Shown here one piece after another: positions 36,221-49,702 of a DNA stretch of 64,000 nt; positions within the stretch are counted from its first letter, which is position 1, and each line of letters starts with the position of its first letter. Source of the DNA: Dimorphilus gyrociliatus (taxonomy: Eukaryota > Animalia > Annelida); the NCBI GenBank assembly GCA_904063045.1, contig CAJFCJ010000002.1, forward strand, positions 2,599,891 through 2,663,890. The letters are read 5' to 3'. The position numbers and the translations under genes were made by a program. The notes below the pieces were generated by a model, which saw only the letters and a list, made by a program, of their open reading frames with translations, had not been told where the DNA came from and searched no databases.

Positions 36221-38086
36221 CTAAGCGTGAAAGTTGACAAAGCGATCGATAGCATGTTTTTAGAACGTTCAATTAAAATGAATATTCAAGGAAAAAAAAC
36301 AACAATACTGCGTCTATCGAATTAAAAAGAAAATAATCATTGTAGGCTTTTTGACGTTTTATTAAATTCTCCTAAAAAGAGGAGACGATAAGGCTCATCT
36401 CTTTATAATAACGCTAATATCACAGATTTTCGAATGAATGCTTTGATATTTTAAATTCTATTCCTGCTTTTGTCTCTTTAAATTACTTTATAAATTATAT
36501 TCATGTTCAATATATGTCATCTTTATTGTTTTAGTGACGTCATACTTCATTTTCCTTCTTAACGAACAATCCAATAAACATGTGATTATATAGATCGCTT
36601 ATCTATTAATTTTAACATATAAATATTCAATAAGTGTTTTTTTTCTTAAAAAACAAAAATTAAAATTATCCTAAGGGCTAAGATGTTTGTATTACCCTAC
36701 GATGGATTTTTATTTTCCTTTTTCTCTCCTTCCGCCTTCCTTCCACCATCAACTAAGCCGTTTCCTTGAAAAAGTAGGTGGAAGTTTCTCCGGATACGTC
36801 CTGTTTGTAAATGTTTGCATGATTTACTAATAACAGAATGACTATTTATGTGGTATATTCTACAGTTCAATTTCTTCTTGAATTATTAAAGAACAATCTA
36901 TAACATATTCGATTTCTATTAGTAGAGAAATAAATGTATGAGTTGACCTTATTCAGGGGATAATTTATTACAAGTTTTTTTTGTGAAACATAACACTTCA
37001 TTTCTTTAATTTCCATTATTAATTATTTAAATAAAGAATCGTAATACATGGTTTCAAACAAATATTATCAATAATATACTCCTTCTAACTATTCCCTTTT
37101 TTCTCTATTCAGTTCAATTTTTTTCCCCCAATAAAAAGAGCTATTGCAACGCCTTCTTTCTAAATGGAAGAGAATACGCGTTAGATGGCGTGAGCCAGTT
37201 GAAGTAGACGATTAGTTGACACACTATTTTAGTCTTTTGATCATCAGGTAGTAAGAAAGTACTATAAGGCGATTTCATTCAGGCTAAAGTTCATTTAATT
37301 TAATTAGAAGAGAGTTTTTGTGCTTCTATATAATAGGAAAAGGAACTCGATAAACTTATCCATCCTAGGCCTAGAGACCAATCTCTCTTCCCGAAAGAAA
37401 TATTATCTACCCAGATGCTTTAGGAATTCCCTAAAAGATTCCTTGAGATTATCCTAATTTACATGTTGATCGATTAATCTACTGATATTTTTTATTTGGC
37501 AACAATCGTGTAGGCTGTTTATCCAATTTTGAGGACGAGACTTCAATTAGCAGTTACTTCGTTCCTAGAATAATAATGTGGCAAAGAAAGAGCATTTATA
37601 AACTTAATAGATTTCGAACATCGATTATTGTAATAAAACACTGTATTTTCCCAGTATTTTAGCACCAATATGCAGAAACGAGGCAGCATATACAGTATAT
37701 TTTTCAAATATTTTACTTTAGAGTGACCTTTATAAAGCATTGTCATATAGATAGCTACCAGACAAAAACAAAAAATTCTCTAAATGCTAAGGGCAAGCCG
37801 AATCTGTCCTCTTTTTTCCATAGCTATTGGCACAAGCACTCCCCCTACAAATGGGAAAAAGAATAATGGGCGGAAGATGATTTTTTTTCTTGAGATAAAA
37901 CTATTTTGTGTAGAAAAGGAAAAAAAACGGCCAATTTTTTTTCTTTTTATAGAGATGATAATTTCTGTTCTAAAAGTGAAAGCGACTAGATTATCAACTC
38001 TCTCTCGCAGCAGCTGAGAAAATTAAAAGTTTAACAAGAGCAGGAAGGGTAGGGATTATGAATAGCAGTCGAAATTTTCATTTAAT

Positions 38087-41000
38087 TCATAAAGATGTTT
38101 CGCTTGGTGCTGGCTGTGGTGATTGGCTTGTTGGGGGTAATACGCCGCCGTTTACAGAGTGTTCTAATTGAGCAATCCTCTGCTTCAGAGATTTAACCTA
38201 AAATTGATATAATAGATTATATATTTATTATTAAAAGAAAGTTCTCTCGTAAAATACCTGAGCCTCGCATAAACCTGTTACTGTTTGTACTTTGGTCTCT
38301 AATTTCTTAATTTTAGCCTGATATTTTTTCTTAGCCTTTTCAAAAGCAGTGATAAGGGCGCTGGAGAAAAAAAATTAGATTTAAAAATAGTCTGAAATCT
38401 TGGGGCACTAACAAAATAATTCGTACCTATTGGCATTTTTCAATTCATTTACTAAATCAGTCGACTGCTGGTGCCGAGCTTCAGCGTTCTTCGACATTCG
38501 CTCTAAAGTACTTACTAATTCATGAACTCTATTTTTAAGTTTCTTTTCCCTTTTGAAAACCTCGTCGACGTCGGGGGGTAAATCGGCCAACGTTAAAGTA
38601 CTATTCAATGTACCATTTGTCATTTCCTTCTGCAGCTGTTCAACATTAGTATTGTCAAGTTCATTTTTGCCATATAATTGGACTTGAAGAGCTGTTTTTT
38701 CTTTGTGTAGATTGTGTATTTGGGACCTTAATTCAGCTCGCTCTTCCTTGACAGCTAATAATTCCTGAACGAGTACTGCATTTTCTAAATCAAGACGCTG
38801 CGTTGAGAGGTTCTGAGTGGGCGGGGGATCGACGTTGTGAACGCTCTCCAAGTCAACAACTGTCGACTTCACTGCGGACCTTTCTAGTTTAAGGTCGGCT
38901 ATCATATCTTTTAACTTTGATTCTTCATCAGTTTCAGCCCCGCTCGACGTGTTAGTTGTTGTCGATGAGTTCGTAGATATCGATTCCCAGGGTGCTGACT
39001 GAGTTGTTCTTTGTCTATGACGATTGTTCAGCAATCGTTTAGCTCTCCTCTCAGCGTCTCTTCTTGAATTTAGCGACTTTTCCGAATCGCTGACTCTGCA
39101 GTTAGGCGATAGTAGCTGTCTATCAGCTGTAGCAAAAGCAAGTAGAACTTCAAAGCATTCGATCGCCTGTTCAGCATTCGATAATGCAATTTGCAGAGCA
39201 GTCTGAGGTAGAATATGAGAAGTTAGTTTCGTGTTATATTACCCTACTATTAAACTTCCACTTACCTGATTAGATTCGTATTTGGCAAGCAATTGAGATA
39301 GTCGATCACTATGAGCCTTACTTTCTGAAAGCGAGAGAGAAAGAACGTCGTTTTGAGCTTTAATATGTTCAACTTTAGAGTTCAATCTCTCAACTTCTAT
39401 TTCAAACTCTTTGACCACTCTATCAGGTAAATTACCGGCACCAATACCTTGAATCATTTCTTGAATTTTTGAGCTTTCTCTCCAATCGTGAACTAGTTGT
39501 TCCGCTATACATGCACTCTCTAATCCGGAGTTGCAACTTGTCAAATCCGAACCCAAAAGAGATGTCCTATCAAAAACGGTCTTTAATTTTTTCTTTTCTG
39601 CTATTTTTACAGGACTTGAGCAGGATTTGGAATTTTGAATAGTATCTAATTGGTCAATGCTCTCATAATGATTCGATGATGAAGTATTTGAACCGTCAAT
39701 CCTTTTTTTGAGTTCATCGCGCTCTATTCTGATGAGATGCAGTTGAGATTTCAATTCTCTTACGTCATCTTCACCCGATAAGGAATAATGCAAGTTAGGC
39801 AGAGATTGATGAGGTTCCGTCGAATACTGTAATGGAAAAATACATTAATTTTTTTAATTAGTCTACTTCTTTTGAAAAATGTCAAGCAAACGAATTTAGC
39901 GTTCTCTGTTTATTCTCTAAAGCTGCCGAAATCTTTTTCAAATTTTAATAAGCTAAATAATTCAGAACAACTAGTATTCTAAGCATTAAAGAGAACTATG
40001 TCCAGAGACGCTGAATTCTGAAGGAAATCTTCATCATAATGATGAAGCAAGAGTAAAACACATTAGTAAATACCTTAGATAACACAAAAAATGTCATTTT
40101 GTTGGAACAATAAAACCGTTGACGGAAAAAAAATATTTGCAATTGACCGTGGAACAACAACAACGAAGAATTTATAATATAAGAAAGGAAAAACCACAGG
40201 CTTGTTAAACGTATTACGTAACAGCTACAACAATGCAATCCGTTATGAAAAAAAAATATAGTAATAATAAAGGGGCCGAAGCGAAAGAGCAGGCCGAAGT
40301 GGTATTAATAATAAAATAAGAGAAAAAAAATCGGTAGCTGTCGCTTGTATTCGATTTCAAAATTATAATAAAGTAATGTGGTGTGAAAAGGTGGGGGTCT
40401 AAAACTTGAAAAATAAGGACCTCTGTAGTCTATTTATAAATGGATTAATCACGTATAATACGTAAACTAAATATCAAAAATGAGAGAAAAAACAGACTAA
40501 TTTCCAAGTTTCATTATTTATTCCTTCTATTTTTAAATTCTCTATGGTCTAGTACTTTATTCTTTGTACATACAGATTATGCCTTTGATAGTCTTCTAGA
40601 TTATTTGCTGATGTAAAGCAAATCAGCATAAAGAAACTGTAAAAATTATTGTTAAAATATCTTAATCAGATTTTCGGCGTGCTCTCAGCGCTCTTTTATT
40701 TTTTGTAAACATGAAATCAATTTGCTTTGTGAACTAATATATTAAGAGAAGGAAAGATAATAGATTGATAAGGATGAAATACTTATCAAATAATTCTTTA
40801 TTTTACTTACGTAAATGCACCGTCGTTTATGCTAATTTTTCCGATAAAGATAAATAGCCATATCAGCCTATGTTTATTTTAACATGCATACATCTCATAT
40901 CTATATCTATATACGTATATATATAGATATAGTGTAATGTGTAAATACATATAAAACATATAAATATATTTTATATGAATTGCAAATATGAACGATTTAT

Positions 41001-44000
41001 TAACAAGAGAGGATTACGAAACCCGTTAAATGGATTAGCTAAAAAATATTAAAATCTCTAAAATTGCTGTCAGAATCCCCTCTTCTCAATTAAATGTACA
41101 TTTAAATAGAATAGGAGATGTAGAAATAAAAAGCATCCCACCTTTATATGTAAATTATTCATATTGTCTTTTTCAACTTGAGCTGAGGCTCCCAAATTTG
41201 TGTTAGCTACAAAATAAAATAAAAAAATCGATCAATTTCTCATATAATTGATAAAGTCAACATTGTCCAAGTAAACAGACCTATTATTCATTAGGTGAAA
41301 AATAGTATTAGCTACGCCTGTTAATCGAATCTTAGCGACTCTTACAAGGACTATACACGATATACATCGACCAATAATTAATTAATTGTAAGTTTCTTAT
41401 TACGAAGTGCATTTTACTTAATTACTTACGTTGCTCTACTTCAACACTATCGTTTTCTTCTTCTTCCTCTTCCCTGTTAGACAAACAATCGATATGGTAT
41501 TAGACTATAAAAAAAGGATATAAGATAGAATATTCTTCCCTATCAAAAACTATATACAATATTCACTTTTACTAAATCTATTGAGGCGTCTTTAAGTATC
41601 TTCTTGTGCTAACAGTAGTCTACCTCCGTGTGAATAAAAGTAGGGGGGAGAGGAGGGGCAATAAAAGTAAAAGTAAACAAGGCAAGGTCAAAAAACGACG
41701 CCTCGTAAAATATTTTTCATTTGTAACTGGCCTTTTAATCTCTCGTTTTATATGGGTATTTTTCTAGTTCTAATTCGATTTGAGACAGCCTACTGTACCA
41801 TGAATCTTATACAAATTATTCTCCTGTATATAAAGGATACAAAATAAAGAAACTAATGACTACCTAATAACATCAATATGTTTGGAGGACGTAGTAATCT
41901 TCTTCCGTAATTCAGCTATAACAGACTGTAGTTCGGTCACTCGTTCTTCGTAGCGACTCCTGTCATTTTCTAACACCGATATTTCTTGTTTAACAGCAAC
42001 TTTTTCGGCAATTAAAGATTGCAGAGACGCAAGATGGAGCTGGTGAAAAAAGATAAGATTTCCCATAAGCGATATTTACTTTTCTCGATCTAAGCCAATC
42101 TTACTTACCGAATTGCATAATTGTAAGGTTTTAGAGCATTCTACCCGTTGCGTGATATGTTTCAGAACAGCCGGATCTGATTTTTCCAACATTGAATATA
42201 AACTGTTTTGCGCCAACGCAGCTTCGTCTATATATTGATTCACTAAAACACAAAAAGAAAAGTACAATAACTGTGAAAAACAAATAAGTTAGTTTGAAAG
42301 CAAAATGTTATAGTAAAAACATCAAAGATATACTGAAAAAAGAAAACACTTTCTTTGATGACATCAAGAAAATTGCACAGTTAAATGTCGAATACTATTT
42401 GCTCTAGTGTAAATCGTGAGAAACGTTAATTACTTTGTACTTTCTTTCAACTAATGATTTAATTTTAGGTATAAAAAGATAACGTAATAGCTTCCTAACA
42501 TCTTTGTTAATTAAAGATCTGGTGAATATATTATAAAAAGAAATAGACAAGAGAATTTCGAAAATTTCAACAATTAAAAAGTAAAGAGGGGATTTCAGAA
42601 AATTCTTCTGTTGTAATAACCATGCAGTTATGTCAAATAATTAATGTGACAAAAGTTCCGAAGGGAGATAAACTCTGTACGATTTCCCAAGGGCAAACCG
42701 TATAAGGTCGATTAGATGTGGTCTATTCTATAATAAAAGATATAGGAATAGCAAGTTATCCTGCTTTAACCCTTTTAAGTTATTTATACACTGCATATTT
42801 ATCCGATTTGATAATTCATTATATATTTGGAAAGAATAATTGGACATGTGCTCTTGATACGTACCATTTGAGAATGTGACTGTCCGCCTTGGAGGGAGAG
42901 GGGGCGGTCTACATTCTTGCAATTCAATTTCAGGCTTTAGCTGTGGGGAAGAATAAGTTTTCATTACGAAATCAATTGCAATCATGACAAAAGGATTATT
43001 TGAACTGAAAAATAAACAAAATGAGGGATATAATAATAACATGTGTCTAACACATGCTCAGAGATGTCTCGGTAACTTGATATGACTCCCAAATGATATA
43101 AAATTGAAAAATATAATGAAACATGTAGAGGGGGGAATGGGAAGAACGAGGGAGTGAAAAAAAACGCTCAGCAGAGAGCTGAGAGCCAATCAGGATTATG
43201 AGTCGATGGTAGAACACTCTATGGGCATTTCACTCTCACTCAGCAATGCCTAAACGGAGAAAGTTTAAAAATGTTGAAATTGGATCTTGTGAATTTATAA
43301 TAAATTCGGATACTGTAAGCTCAAGAAGAGTTAGACGAAAGAAAAAACGTGATAAGGACTCGAAAAAAGAAGATATAATAACTCGAGATAGTTTTGTAAC
43401 AAAAAGTCTCTCATCTGACACGGGCTTTAGCGAACCAAGTCAAATAGGTGACTCGCCCATCCATCTAACTGACTCAATAGAAGAAGCAGTTCGTTGGGAA
43501 ATTTCTAAGATGGTAGAGGAAAGACGCAGGACTCAGGAACCAATGTTAGATGTACAATTACCCAGTTTTATAAAGCAAACTATAGAAGATGATAAAGACC
43601 TCATACAACAGGAAAAGTTTAATTATCTGTCTGAAAATTCTCAAAATGACGACAAAGGAGTAAACATTTGGGAACAACTGAAGTTAATTGATTTGGACGA
43701 TTCATTAATTGAAACAGTTGAGTATGGGGGTAGCCGAGTTGAATTTAAATTAGTTGGAATTCTCTTTTAATTATTATTTTCACTATAATAAGAATATTAA
43801 TTTTACAGATAAATTTTAAGAAATCAAATTATTATTTTCTTTCACTGATAGGCTAAAGCTTTTTTTTTAAATTATCTTCTTATCGTTCCAAGAAAACCTA
43901 ATCATGGAAAAATCAATAGGCAGAACAATAAGAATTGAAGCTTGTTAATTTTCCGGTGTTTTCTAGTTTTTCAACAGCCAATAATGATTGGAAGCAATCT

Positions 44001-46248
44001 ATTTTTGTAGTAATATTCTTTTAAACGCCAGGAATTTGTACTTAAAAATCTCCTCGATTTAGTTGTCTCTTTTATGATATTCTACTGGTTTTCAATACTT
44101 TCCTTTTTAAAAAAAAAACAAAGACCAAATAGTTTTTTTCTAAAGCTAATAATCGGCCTTATTCAACGATACTTATTAAAAATCCTAAAGGCGAAATTAA
44201 CTTTGTACTGACTAACTAATGCGCATTTAACAAGGAAAAAAGGAACGGGAAATGATCGTTTGTATGAAAAAGAAATCAGCTAAAGGAATTGTTCATGCCA
44301 TTGCACCATCAAAGATCTGCATTTCTTTTGTATTATTTTTTTATTCTAACAAGACGTCCGTAAAAAAGGGTAGAAATTGGAATAAATTATATATACAAAC
44401 ATAGAATGTACGTTTTAGTTGAATATATTTGTATACCAAACACTCGAAAGTAGATAAAAGAGATGTCAAAGAAATAGTGAGAAAGAATAAAATTGAAATG
44501 GACGGTATCTATAAAGTAAAATAAATAGAGGACTACTCGGCCAGCCCCATTTAACTTCCTTTAGGAATGAACCGTGTCCATTATTCCGATCAATTAGCTG
44601 CGATCGGTTGGAAACGAATGCTTTAAATCGGATTAGGAAAGAGAGACAATTAACCTCAAGAAATAGAAAGGTCGATAAAACGGAACAGGATATTGCAAGT
44701 GAATTTAACGGCCGATTGGAGATATTATACAGTAGGTCATTTGATACTCTACATCTGCCTTTGCGAACTGAGGATACTTCGAATGCTCCTAATCTGTCTC
44801 CTGTGAATAAAGTCTGCCAGACTCAATCTAAGAGCAAATGTAATAAGCTAACTAGTCCTATAGATGGTGCTGTAAGACGGACAACAGATGGAGCTTCTTT
44901 TACAACCGTTGACAAACTACAACAAAGAAGCAGGTGCTTAGGTAAGAATTAAGCTGATTTGTGCCTCAGTCCCTCCCACAGTCTACCTATCAATTATTTG
45001 GAAAACGTTCCAGGTGCCGTTTTCGCCACGTTAAGCGTCGTTACGATTGTGCTCGTGAAAATTTTCTGGGCGGGTGACGCTTAAAGGGAAAATACGGCTA
45101 TAAATAATGAGAAATATAAATCAGCAAACCTGCATTCCACATCTGGCAAATTGTTCATAGGAAATACGATTGTACAGGCCTTGATGGTTGAAATGGACGA
45201 TGATCTCCTCGACGGAGTCTTCCAAGTGTAATTGATGGCACATTTCTTTCAGATCTTCCCTGCAAAACGTTCATTGTTTGTACTGTTTGCGGTATTGTTT
45301 GTTGAATAAATAGCGTAGAGTCAATAAGGGCATCAATCTTAACCATTCAAATAAGTTATTTCCCTCCTTCTGGGCAACATTATAGCATCTTTCATCAATT
45401 ATTGTCTCTATTTTTCTTTTATTTTATTGCAAACTCTGCCCTTAAAAACTCATTATGAAAATAAAAAAAGTTAAAAGTTTCAGAATTAGGTCAAGTGAAA
45501 AAACAGCGTCGTAAAATTTATATGAAAATTAACCATAAAAAAAACGCAAAAGACTCTTAAGAGACTTTTGGTAGAATGAATTCAAAGTTTGCTTTAGGCG
45601 ATGGAACAAATAATTACATTTCACAGGATGAATCATTGAGGATGTAAATATAAAATAACAGATCATTAATGACTAAATTTTTATCTTTCAATACACCTTA
45701 AATATCTTACAAGTGCAAATTCAATGCTCACGTTCTTGCGCACATATAGGCAAATTGTTAAACCAATGGATAGTCCAGTCAACAAATATAAAATGCTCAC
45801 AGCCCTCTAACGCCAACCCTTTCCTTTCTACATACGTAACTTATCCATTCAATGATTAAATTTGCAAATAAAATAAAAAGTCTTTAGAAAAGAGAACAGA
45901 ACATTTGCTTAATGTAATTTACAGTCAATTTAACAATAGAAAACATTCTCTCCAAAAGAAAGAAGGGTACAAATTTTATGTCGAATCTAAATCATTCTTG
46001 ACATTTATTCAATTAGACTTTCTCATACTGACTCACACATAGAATATATTTTCTTAAAGTATATATGCTATATTTATGAAACTTTACAAGTTGTAAACAA
46101 AGTGAAAAATCAAAACAACTTAGGCTTACATGTCTATATATCCATCTCCATCGCGATCGCAAGCTTCGAAAAGCCTTCTAAGCTTTTCTTCTTCTTCAGA
46201 ACTTATCGAGTCTGTACTCGAACTAGGTGAACATTGTAACCTATCCAT
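38087..46248 (-). CDS. MCC: Colorectal mutant cancer protein (MCC/USHBP1 family), long EF-hand form, about 764 aa
   Basis: Exons 46248-46130, 45259-45130, 42940-42865, 42242-42109, 42039-41864, 41473-41430, 41206-41142, 39826-39266, 39202-38427, 38360-38258, 38197-38087 (2,295 nt). Motifs: EF loop DRDGDGYIDMED, RYEERVTELQSVIAELRKK, EFEIEVERLNSKVEHIKAQND...KYESN, DLENAVLVQELLAVKEE, and C-terminal ETSL* as in human MCC. Confidence 0.93.
43246..43770 (+). CDS. Intronless orphan ORF (174 aa) nested antisense in MCC intron 2
   Basis: 525-nt ATG-to-stop ORF in AT-rich DNA, with basic NLS-like stretches (PKRRK, RRVRRKKKR) and a CCAAT box AGCCAATCAG at 43184-43193. Confidence 0.65.
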   Translation: MPKRRKFKNVEIGSCEFIINSDTVSSRRVRRKKKRDKDSKKEDIITRDSFVTKSLSSDTGFSEPSQIGDSPIHLTDSIEEAVRWEISKMVEERRRTQEPMLDVQLPSFIKQTIEDDKDLIQQEKFNYLSENSQNDDKGVNIWEQLKLIDLDDSLIETVEYGGSRVEFKLVGILF

Positions 46249-47515
46249 TGCAACTGGATTCGTCAACCTATATCTTGAAAGATCCGAATACGACTACAAG
46301 ATCTCATTTTTTCTAGAGAAATTGACAGGAGTAATTGCGGAACTTCCGGTTCTATTTTACAGATGGCGCTCACAAAAAAACTGGTCCCTCTTGCTCTCTT
46401 TCTCTGGCGCCTTGTCCAAAATCACAGTTTATCGATTAGCGTGCTTTTCCGCTATTTAAAAAATCGTAAACTATTTCATACATGAAAGGAAATCAATTAA
46501 TTTTCAATTTTTCAGGTACAACTTGAATTCAGAATGAAACTATACAAATGAACTCTGTGTTAATTTATTTACAATCAATTCTATTAGTATTCTAATCAAA
46601 ACATTTTGCAGCTGTGGAATGCATAGTAAACTTTATCATAATACATGAATATCCCTATTTAAGATTCCCTAAGTGTTTATTCTTAAGGAAATTATAAATA
46701 GTATTTATAGAGAGAATTAAAGAAAAACATCGTTAACATTACTAAGATTCCGTTTTAGCATTTAAAGGGGAGGGGGCAAAAGAGTAAGTAATACTGAAAG
46801 ACTCTTGTTTATTGACGATTCTTTGATTACCTTCATTTGTATATTTGTATAAATTATATAATACATTGTGTAAAGAAAAACGAAAGTTAAAGTTAATTTA
46901 CTCTAGTAGATAACAATTCACTGATTTCCTTTTTTTTTTGAAAATCTCTAGAGCTGTTCAATAAAAAAGTTCTATTCTTTTTTTTAAATAAACTTTAAGC
47001 TTAGTTAAATAGAATAAAACTTTTAGAAAACAATAATCTTTTTTAGATAGTTGTTTAGTCCTTATAATAGAGTATATTGTTATTTTTTATAATTTTAAAC
47101 ATTGAGAGAGTGTTACATTGAAATTTAACGCACATGACGTCACTGAATACATTAACATGGCTGGTATAAAAGGTGATTATCTTATAATATTAAGACTCTC
47201 GTTGGCTTTTGTGAATTTTCTTTAAAAATTTTACGATTATATTTAATAATATCTACATAGCTACGATAAAAAATATTAACAAGGATGTGAATAGTCCAAA
47301 GGTTCACAAATCTGTGATCAGTTTAAAGGAACCGCGCGAAAAAATTTCAACGTTTTTTTTATCAGCCTAATCTATATTGATTTATACAATCTATTTAAGT
47401 TGTATTATGATTCACAATCAACTGGCCAACATTTTTAACCTAAAATCGTGTAACTAAAGCTCTGTTTTATTCTTCATGAAATCGTCCTCATCCGACTGAA
47501 TCGTGTAACTAAATA

Positions 47516-48098
47516 ATGGCTAATACTGCAGCGTAAGTGATAAAGTCTTGATTGAAACTAATTTGATCATAATTTAGATTGTTATGTTAATTATAGATTA
47601 GTTGGATTAGCTTTTGCTGCTGCTCTGGGAATCACTTTACTCGTTTTAGGTTGTGCTCTCCCTCCCTACAGGTAAAATAAACAGCTGACAACACAGCAAT
47701 ATTACCATTCTTCGCTAAACCACTTTCTTACCGTGAATATTTTTTAGAACATGGTGGCCTATGTTTTCTCTGATATTTTATCTCTTAAGTCCTGTACCTC
47801 TTCTTATTGCAAGACGATACACTGATGTTTTAGAATCAAGCAATGCTTTATTAGAAACATGCTACTTCCTCACAACTGGAATCGTCATATCTGCGTTTGG
47901 TTTACCTATCGTATTAGCTAAGAACCATGTGGTAAGTTCGACCCAAGTTTGCATTTCATTATCTAAAGCATTTAAAAAAATCAGATAAAAGCAGGAGCGG
48001 CCGCTTTGGTGTCTAGTGGTAATGTTGTTATATTCCTCACAATACTTGCATATTTTAAAGTTTTTACTACGGACGATTTCGACTACTCTGGATGGTAA
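47516..48098 (+). CDS. LEPROT: Leptin receptor overlapping transcript / Vps55 (OB-RGRP) family, 129 aa
   Basis: Exons 47516-47532, 47597-47671, 47748-47931, 47985-48098. Motifs: [81 protein letters not shown]. Confidence 0.93.
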
Positions 48099-48360
48099 TA
48101 GTTTATGTCCAAACAACGATCTGTTTAACAAGCGTTTTTCCAATCGTCTCAAATGTTCATGTAAAGTTTCACTAGGATTGGTGAAAAAAGCTAAAATTCT
48201 ATCATTTTCATTCATATCTATGTAAACTATTTTTTTCCATTCTATAAAATTTAATTAATAAATTTATAATATTAAAATATAAAACTTTTGTTTCTTTATA
48301 TAAGGTATAACTAAAATCCAGATTAGAATTGGCGATGTTTCTGTTTCTTCTTATTCGAAT

Positions 48361-49542
48361 TTAAACTTCTTCATCCAAAGTTATATCTAAAATTGACTTT
48401 TTGAAGGCGATTGACTGATGATGGAAATGAAAAGCAGAGAAATATTTAATTAACTAAAATTGTATGATATTTTAAAGTAAATATACAAACTTCCTGTGCC
48501 CTTTGCCTTGGATGTGCAATTAATTTAGCAAAAATAGTAAAGAATTTTGTTGTATTTCCGCTGACTTCAAAGATATAGTATTTTCCTTCCTTATCAAGAT
48601 CGCATAATTCTCGATAAATCTCTTCGCATTTGTTATTTTCGGCATTTTCAACCAATTTATTATGTATATAAATGGCATCGATATAAAAATTTGCAGATTC
48701 CAAAAATTCTTTTCTTTCAGGGCTATCGCATAGCGATCTTAGCATGCAATTCGATCGACCGTATATGAAGATAGCACGATAAACGGTAGAATCTGGAGAT
48801 TGCGGAAGAATAACATGCTTTTTACTGCAAAGTGATTAAGAAATGAGATAATTTTTTAGTTTCTTTTAAATTAAACCTACAAAAGTTTAAATAAGCAATC
48901 GAAAGTGAAATGCCCAAAATGTGCTTTCGACTCTGGTATTTCGTCTATAGCATTTAGGATGTCTTTATGTTGTGTTGTAAAAGGTACCATCTAGAAATTA
49001 TTAAAATATAGAATACTATTTATTAATAATTAATTTATAAATAGAGGCAGAAATCTGATTTTTTACCCAGCTACACTCATCGTGAACCAAGACAAGGGAA
49101 TATTTATGATTCTTATTGCATGAAGATTTTTGTTCCATAAATATTGCAATCGCTTTTCGGACTAAATTCAAAGGAGAGAATGTGCTTCTGTTTTTACAAA
49201 TAACTTTTTAATTAAAAAAATATTTTAATACATGATTTATTATTTTTAACTAACCCAGATCTTACTGTAAAAGTTTCACGATCCATTTCCTGACACACGT
49301 CCAAACAAAATATCTATTTTAAAGTTATGTAATCAATTATTTTATATGAATCACATAACTGCTCTTAAAATGTAACTTATCCTTTGAGGAACATACAATG
49401 TGTTCTGGACAGGCTATAGGAAATTTAGATGAAGCTCCTGAATGTTCTAAGATATAGGGTATAGATAAATAATCTGACTACGATCTAAATTCTCAATTTA
49501 TTCCTCACCAGAACTCAATTCGAGTAACGTTTTTGTAGCCAT
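48361..49542 (-). CDS. BABAM1: BRISC/BRCA1-A complex member 1 (MERIT40/NBA1), about 253 aa
   Basis: Exons 49542-49509, 49446-49397, 49313-49255, 49187-49067, 48990-48881, 48824-48491, 48414-48361 (762 nt). Motifs: CPEHIIFCLDVCQEM, YRAIFIYGRSNC, FYIDAIYIHN, AKLIAHPRQR (human CPEKVIICLDLSEEM, KLLAHPLQR). Confidence 0.88.
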
Positions 49543-49702
49543 ATGTTCGGTATTACATTAATCGTCACTAATTAAAATTATAGACCTTTCTCACCAATAA
49601 ATCAAATGTTTTCCTAGTTATATATTTTTTCGTCGTCTGCTATATTTGTTTAATAAAAACTGGTACTAGTATTAGAATACTTTATCTACTTAGGTGAAAA
49701 CC

